Source: Eledone cirrhosa
Lineage: Eukaryota
DNA: 64,000 nucleotides
NCBI GenBank assembly: GCA_964016885.1
Contig: OZ024741.1
Span: 187,674,001-187,738,000 of the forward strand
Direction of reading: 5' to 3'
Part shown: positions 55,283-64,000 of the stretch, piece by piece
How the letters are laid out: every line of letters starts with the position of its first letter
Position numbering within the stretch: position 1 is the first letter of the stretch
Position numbers and translations under genes: made by a program
Notes under the pieces: model-generated
Seen by the model: the letters and a program-made list of their open reading frames with translations, nothing else
The model's database searches: none
What the model was told of the DNA's origin: nothing

Positions 55283-55562
55283 CCACTCTATCAGTTATAA
55301 GACTGCGACTGGAAGTACTGTTGCTACTCGGACTAGTAGTAGTAGTAGTAGTGGTGGTAGTGGTAGTAGTAGTAGTAGTAGTAGTAGTCTTGCTATTACA
55401 CTCACTAATTACTCTCTTGACCACCCACTCCCTCTATAAATAGACCATTTCTAATGCATTTCTAGACCACTACTACTACTACTATACATGTATATGCTCT
55501 TTATCAATCTTCTCTCCAACACAGAAACTAGTCTTTCTACCATAATCTACACCTACACACTC

Positions 55563-55638
<76 letters not shown>

Positions 55639-55652
55639 GTACGCACGCACGC

Positions 55653-55704
<52 letters not shown>

Positions 55705-56212
55705 GGACAGGTAAAATCCCGACCGCGGTGCAAGCGGTTTCACCACTGCAGACTCATTCTCTCTCTTTCTCTCTGTATATATATATATATATATATAAAT
55801 ATATACATATATATATATACACACTGAAACGATACAAAATATATTGGACTTAAATATAAATGATAGTACTGTGTGCCTGTATGTGTGTGTATAAGCGTGT
55901 GCGTAGCCATTCCCTCAAAACACAGACCACGTCTGTTGCTCCGACGACCACTACGATTAGCGAGCTACTTTTAATACTTTAATCACATTTTGCCTATAAC
56001 TATCTGTCTATATTACTATTACACAATCTATTAACCTATCTAATTTTCTATCTACGTGGTTATCTGTCTATCTATACATATATTCTCTAATTATCTATAT
56101 ATTTATATATCTAATTATCGATCTATTTATTATCTATCTATTTACATATCTCTGTATCCATTGCCTTCCATTGCTTCTATTCCTTTCACTGTTCATAACA
56201 GAAATATTCATT

Positions 56213-56285
<73 letters not shown>

Positions 56286-56594
56286 TATATCTCTCTCTCT
56301 ATCTCTATATCTCTCACCCACACACTTCTCTTCATCTATTTATCTATCTATCTAACTATCTTTAGCTATGTATCTATGTATATATTTTTTTCTATCACTC
56401 GCACTCTCTTCTCACGATGCACATACACATACATGCAAACATACATATATACACACACAAACACACAGGTTCATATACAATATATTACAACACTATATAC
56501 ACATAAACACGCAACTTAGTGTATAGAGCTTTATTGTAGACAGACAATTATCACTTTATTTGCATGCGGAGGCATACATAAACCGTTATATACA

Positions 56595-56688
<94 letters not shown>

Positions 56689-56708
56689 CGCGTGCGTGTG
56701 CGTGTGCG

Positions 56709-56741
<33 letters not shown>

Positions 56742-56984
56742 GAAAATGTCTACGAAGTGTGTAGTAAGGAATTTGAAAGATTCCTTTGTTTGTGCAAAGT
56801 TACAACTCATAATTTTAAAGTTAAAAATAAATCGGGGATATAACCAAGTGAAACGGAAAAAAGTGGAAAGACTTGCCTCATCCACGTTTGTCAGCCTCAA
56901 GATCTTATCTCCCTGATTTATTTTCAACTATTTTATACTTTAAATTATGCGTTGTGGTAGCTTTGCATAAGGCATCGCTTATTG

Positions 56985-57130
56985 TAATTGTTACTACTAT
57001 TGGCACAAGGCCAGCAAATACCCAGTGCATTACTGGTACTTTATTTTATCGACCCCGTAAAAATGAAAGGCAAAGTTAAACTCGGCGGGATTTGAACTCA
57101 GAATGGCAAGGGCCGTAACTCCATGCGTCA
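56985..57130 (-). mobile_element. SINE S1 with target-site duplication
   Basis: GCATCGCTTATTRTAAT on both sides. Confidence 0.88.
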
Positions 57131-57381
57131 AAGCATCGCTTATTATAATGGCAGTCAAAATGATATAAATCGTTAATTCGTGCCTCTTGTTGCCGATCTT
57201 TGTACGATTATAGAAGATAGAACCTAACTTTTTAAATGTGCAGGCGTGCGTGTGGGGAGGGATTCTCTTTGTGTGTGTGTTTGATTTTCTTTTCATATCG
57301 GTACTACTTTTAAACATCTCTTATTGTCGAATCACCATGTTACGGGACATAAATAACCAGTAAAAATAAACACCCGCCCGC

Positions 57382-57423
<42 letters not shown>

Positions 57424-57425
<2 letters not shown>

Positions 57426-57580
57426 GGCTTCCACAGAGTTTCCGTCTACCAAGTTTTACTCTTCACAAAGCATTGATCAACCGGTGGCTATAGTAGATGA
57501 CATTTGCACAAGGTGTCATGCTGTGTGACTGAACTTGAAACCAGGTGGCTGCAAAATGAACTTCTTAATCACACAGCCAA
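57424..57580 (-). mobile_element. CORE-type SINE S2
   Basis: CGGGCTTCCACAGAGTTTCCGTCTACC...GCTATAGTAGATGACATTTGCACAAGGTGTCATGC...CTTAATCACACAGCCA. Confidence 0.7.
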
Positions 57581-58868
57581 CCCTGCTATCTTTATATAAT
57601 TAATGGGTTTAATTTCAAATATATTGCATATGTTCTATATGTATATTACATATACATTTAATATATGCATTTGTATGTGCCGATATATTTGCGTATGCAT
57701 ATATATACGTATAGATATATGCATATATTTATATATATAATATGTGTATGTGTGTGTGTGTGTGAGTGTAGATAGATAGATACATACATATATGCACGCA
57801 TGTATCTGTGTATTCATACATTCATTCATTCATACATGCATACGTATGTATACTGATGCGCGTAGAAGCTGCTGTTTCGCCCCAGGTCAGGCATGATCCA
57901 GCAGATGGACCTGCAATAAAAAGCGTTCTAACCATAACCACCGCACCTTTTATCTAAGCCGTGATATATCAGGAACTACATTATCCCATGTGTCCCTTTT
58001 TCAAGTAGGTAGGGTGTCATTTAAGGAATAATTGACTAATATTTCTAGCCTGTTGAATGACCACTACATGGCTCGCTTATTCTGTGTGCACCCATTGCAT
58101 GCAATTATGCATGTTTATATAAACACACGTGAAATTCGAACGTAGTAAACATGCGTGTATGTTTATATACCCTACAATGCATGTTGTGTTTGTAGCTTGG
58201 AGATCGAAAATAAAACATTTCGATGGAAATGTATGTATATAGCAATATGCATATATTAAATGTTTGCATTATACACGTATGTTTATGCCTGCGTTTAAGT
58301 ATATTTATATGCGTTTTTTTTTTTTTTCTCATTTGTAAACATGCAATATAGTATATATTATGAACAAGCACTAACGTGTTTATACCCCTTTTTCTTTTGT
58401 GTTCTGCATGTTAATTATTGCATGTACAGATATATATATCTGTGTGTGTATGCGTGTGTGTGTGTGTGTGTGTGTGTTTGAAAAACGCTGTGTTACAAGA
58501 TATACACACATACATGTTTAAATTCTACACATATATACAACACACATCTCGATTGATTAATATATCCGCATAATGGTCACTCCACTTTTTGAAATAGCAT
58601 CAAAACGTCCCTCAACTAATGTCCTAACTTCTTAGAAATTAAAGCATGCTTTATTTAACATTGTACTACGTCCCCCTACAAATATAGGATGGTCACGGAT
58701 AAAATGCCTTCTGTCATAGGTCTGTTGACTAGTCAACCTGTGGCTAAACAACAGTGCGTACGCGCACGTGTGTATATACATATATATACGTGTGTGTGTG
58801 TGTATTTATGTGTGTGTGTAATACATATATTGAAAAGTATAGAAATTGTTGTAGCGAGAAGCTAACAG

Positions 58869-58909
<41 letters not shown>

Positions 58910-59319
58910 GGGGGGTGCAAAAAAAGGTCGTCTAGACTGCTTCGGATTTCCGTCGGTTTCCACTTGAATGTTCCGGTTATTCAATCAACGGAGCAGACTG
59001 ATATTAATGTGTAAGTGGCTGCGCATTCCACAGACTGAATCTTTTAGGTGACTCTCAGTGATAATCAGTATAACAGTATGTGACTAGAGATTTTGAATTA
59101 GAGGTACAATCCCTTCGACGAACTTCCAAACAGTTTCCGTTTATCCAATTCAACTCACAAAGGCATGAGTCAACCTGAGGCCAAGATGAATAAAACATGC
59201 CCAAGATACCATGCACCTGATGATTGTAAAGGGAACTATTTACCCATTCGGCCACTCTACCTCCACAAGACTGCTATAAATGAATAAATGACTGCCTTTC
59301 ATGATACACTGGTACAACA

Positions 59320-59339
59320 TATATACATGCATACATACA

Positions 59340-59372
<33 letters not shown>

Positions 59373-60430
59373 GCATAAATAATTACATATATATACATAC
59401 ATACTTACATACATACTTACATACATACTTACATACATACTTACATACATATATACATGCATACATACATACATATATGCATAAATAATTACATATATAT
59501 ACATACATACTTACATACATACTTACATACATACTTACATACATACTTACATACATACTTACATACATATATACATGCATACATACATACATATATGCAT
59601 AAATAATTACATATATATACATACATACTTACATACTTACATACATATATACATGCATACATACATACATATATGCATAAATAATTACATATATACATAC
59701 ATACTTACATACATACATACTTACATACATATATACATGCATACATACATACATATATGCATAAATAATTACATATATATACATACATACTTACATACTT
59801 ACATACATATATACATGCATACATACATACATATATGCATAAATAATTACATATATATACATACATACTTACTTACATACATACTTACATACTTACATAC
59901 ATACTTACATACATACATACATACATATATACATGCATACATACATACATATATGCATAAATAATTACATATATATACATACATACTTACAAACATACTT
60001 ACATACATATATACGTGCATACATACATATATGCATAAATAATTACATATATACATACATACTTACATACATACATACATACTTACATACATATATACAT
60101 GCATACATACATACATACATATATGCATAAATAATTACATATATACATACGTACTTACATACATACATACTTACATGCATATATACATGCATACATACAT
60201 ACATATATGCATAAATAATTACATATATACATACATACTTACATACATACATACTTACATGCATATATACATGCATACATACATATATGCATAAATAATT
60301 ACATATAAACATACATACTTACATACATACTTACATACATATATACATGCATACATACATACATATATGCATAAATAATTACATATATACATACTTACAT
60401 ACATATATACATGCATACATACATACATAC
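59320..60430. repeat. minisatellite built from a microsatellite (~55-70-bp variable unit, ~17 copies)
   Basis: Anchor ATATGCATAAATAATTACATATA alternates with variable (ACAT)n/ACTT blocks. Confidence 0.92.
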
Positions 60431-61117
60431 ATACATATATGCATCCGTACGTACAGTGTATGTAAGCATGGATACATACATATATATATACATACACACA
60501 TATGCATACATACATCCATACATACTTACATACACACATACTTACATATATACATGTATGTATGTGTGCACACATACATACATATATACATACACACATA
60601 TGCATACATACATACATAATTACATACATACACACATACATACATACACACATACATAACATACATACAGCATGTACACATGCATGCATACATGAATGCA
60701 TACATACATAATGTATATATGCATGCATACATATATACATATATGCATACACAATGTATGCATGCTGCAATTTCTATTTGTATATATATAACTATCACAA
60801 CGTACAGGTATGTATACGATTAAAGGGTGTATATGTCGTTAATTTACAACACTCACACACACACACACATACACAAAGACACACACATATATAAATGCAA
60901 ATTACAGGTGTATATACAGGTAAGTTTATATTAAATTTACAGGGGAGCATGACTCGATGAATAATTAAACCCGGTTGGCATTTTATGACACATACACCCA
61001 CACATACCTCACACACATACTCACATACACACTCAATCAGACAGATAGAGACACATATATGCATACATTTACGTTCATATATGTGTATATATAGAAAGAA
61101 GGAGGGGGGGGGGGATA

Positions 61118-61148
<31 letters not shown>

Positions 61149-61281
61149 TGTGCGTGTGTGTTAAGTATCTCCGTGGAAATATATATTATATATATATATA
61201 TATAGATTATATATATATATATTATATATATATATATTATATATATATATTATATATATATGTATATATATTATATATATA

Positions 61282-61417
<136 letters not shown>

Positions 61418-61423
61418 CATGAG

Positions 61424-61454
<31 letters not shown>

Positions 61455-61599
61455 CGTTATTCCGGGTTGAATCGGAGGTAACCACAGTAAGTAAGGTACT
61501 CAATACATAGCAGAGTATAAAAGTTTTAATATAGATGAGATATGATTTCTAAAGAATGAAACAGTTCTAGTCCTGTAGAATCTCATCTATATTAAAACT

Positions 61600-61600
<1 letters not shown>
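61455..61600. mobile_element. family C pLTR fragment with inversion, in (TA)n
   Basis: Near-identical to 63355-63545; arms AAGTTTTAATATAGATGAGA/TCTCATCTATATTAAAACTT. Confidence 0.7.
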
Positions 61601-61632
<32 letters not shown>

Positions 61633-61638
61633 CATGAG

Positions 61639-61701
<63 letters not shown>

Positions 61702-61804
61702 ATATATAACATGCACGCAATACATGCATAGATACATGCACGCATATATATGTATATGTGTATATATATTTTGAATTTTTAATGTCTTTTAATTTTAAAA
61801 TGTC

Positions 61805-62547
61805 TCAAGAAAGAATCACTGGACAGATTTCACGGGCAAAACCTACCAGCGGGTGACCCAGGGGGGTAGACCCCGAGCAAGATGGTTTGGTAACATCCAT
61901 GAGCTCGGCTGGTCTCGCTTGGGGGATCCAACCACATCAGTTGGAGACGGCTGATAGATAGATAGATAGATATGCAGATAGATATATTGATAGATAGATA
62001 TGCAAATAGATAGATTTCTTTATTAGCCACAAGGGCGCAACAAGAAAGGGGACAATACAAAGACATGCCGGCGATTTTACATACAGTCGTGTAAAAAATA
62101 TAAAAACAAACAATTTCAACAATCGAAATCCCCAATAGGGGGGAGGCGCCACAAATGGGTTGTTTAATACCCCGTCGATAGAACAACCCTCAACTCAAGG
62201 AGCGTGTTGTGCAAGTGCTCCTTTCTTCCTTTTGCTCTCTTCCTCAACCTACAGGCTTATAAACAGAGAAGGCCCAATCACTCGGGCCATTTTCGCTTCA
62301 TTCACCCACCTTTCAGTAAATTTACTGGGGTGCAGTGCCTCTCTCTCCACCCTGATTCTCCTTCTAAAGTGATACTTAAAGAAGGGAATCAATTGTTGTC
62401 CGGAGAGAAAGGCATCTGTCAGATATGCAGGTAGAGAGGGCTCGCTGGAAGGAGTGTTTGAGGACTCTGCCCCCATGACCCCCTAAGGAATAAGTGGGCG
62501 AAGAAGAAGAAGAAGAAGAAGAAGAAGAAGAAGAAGAAGAAGAAGAA
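61805..62547 (+). mobile_element. RTE-clade LINE 3' end with (GAA)n tail, split by a Tx1-type insertion
   Basis: RPRARWFGNIHELGWSRLG..IQPHQLETAD | MQVERARWKECLRTLPP*; homologous to 39355-39480. Confidence 0.85.
61953..62420 (-). mobile_element. L1/Tx1-type LINE 3' fragment nested in the RTE element
   Basis: Homologous to 28327-28732 (FLSGQQLIPFFKYHFRRRIRVERE..ERWVNEAKMARV); (TATC)n tail. Confidence 0.88.
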
Positions 62548-62869
62548 GATGATGATGATGATGATGATCATGATCATGATCATGATGATAATGATGATGG
62601 TGATGATGGAAGATGATAATCAGAAAAAATAGCAGGGAAAACAAAATATCAGATTTTATCATCTTTCAACACGTTGAATATGTCTGTGTCAAAGGTGAGA
62701 GGAGGTGGAAGAGAAGTAGAGAGAGAAGCGGGGTATGAGTGAGCTATTTGGGGATACATATACATACAGATATATATATATATATATAAATATATATACA
62801 TACAGATATATATATATATATATAAGGATCGATCGACTTTTGTCAAATCGGACCGAGGAAACAATGTTT

Positions 62870-63040
62870 CCGTCGGTCTTTCCAGTTGCTAATACTATCT
62901 ATCGGTCGCAACTCCAGGTAGAAGGAGCAACGTGAAATAAAGTGTCTTGCTCAAGGACATATCGCATTGCTCGGTCCAGGAATCGAACTCACTACCTCAC
63001 GATTGTAAATCCAATTCTCTAACCACTCAGCCACACGCCT
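62870..63040 (-). mobile_element. tRNA-derived SINE (family S3)
   Basis: Minus strand reads AGGCGTGTGGCTGAGTGGTTAGAG...GAGTTCGATTCCTGG...GTCCTTGAGCAAGACACTTTATTTCACG; relatives at 27520-27610, 34560-34750 and 34835-34930. Confidence 0.8.
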
Positions 63041-63128
63041 AAATATATATACATACAGATATATATATAAATTTTTATATATATATATATATATATACAG
63101 CTCCAACCGGGATTGAACGATATATATA

Positions 63129-63330
<202 letters not shown>

Positions 63331-63354
63331 TATATATATATATATATATATATA

Positions 63355-63660
<306 letters not shown>

Positions 63661-64000
63661 GGAGATGAGTGGGTGGTAGATAAGTGAGCAGATGCGTGAG
63701 AAAGACAAAGTGAGAGAGAAAGAACAATTGTGAGAGAGGCAGGGAAAATGTGGGAAAGAGATGACGGCGGACGTAATACAGACGGAGCATTAGAGAGAGA
63801 GAGAGAGAGAGATGGGAGAAAGAGGTAGAGATAGAGAAAAAGAATGTGTATTAGAGAATGAAATAAGAGAGATGAAAGTTGCAGAAAGTAAGAGAGAAAG
63901 TGAAACATGTGGGAAGTGAGAAAGCATGGGAGATGTGAGAAAGTGGAAGAGGTAGAGATAGTAAAAGAGAAATGAGAAAGAAAGTGGGGAAGATGCCAGA

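Overview
AT-rich, microsatellite-saturated animal genomic DNA. The repeat repertoire (tRNA- and CORE-type SINEs, RTE and L1/Tx1 LINE relics, TA- and TTAA-flanked MITEs) looks like a coleoid cephalopod such as an octopus; that assignment is inference. Nearly all ORFs in the track are simple-repeat artefacts. One real gene is evident on the minus strand: a large low-complexity coding exon (20191-21742) with an LC8-type TQT motif, a probable upstream exon ending at 53017 and a possible downstream hydrophobic exon. The most striking signal is a dense set of type I hammerhead-ribozyme motifs. Six have intact CUGANGA/GAAA/NUH cores and foldable stems (8062, 12398, 26243, 32770, 35789, 41610), and about 12 more are truncated or degenerate copies. 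They belong to about eight sequence families, mostly lie beside (TA)n tracts, and often carry a short inverted duplication that breaks inside the ribozyme. This fits Penelope-like pseudo-LTR or retrozyme-type elements. All folds were done by eye and no database searches were run.
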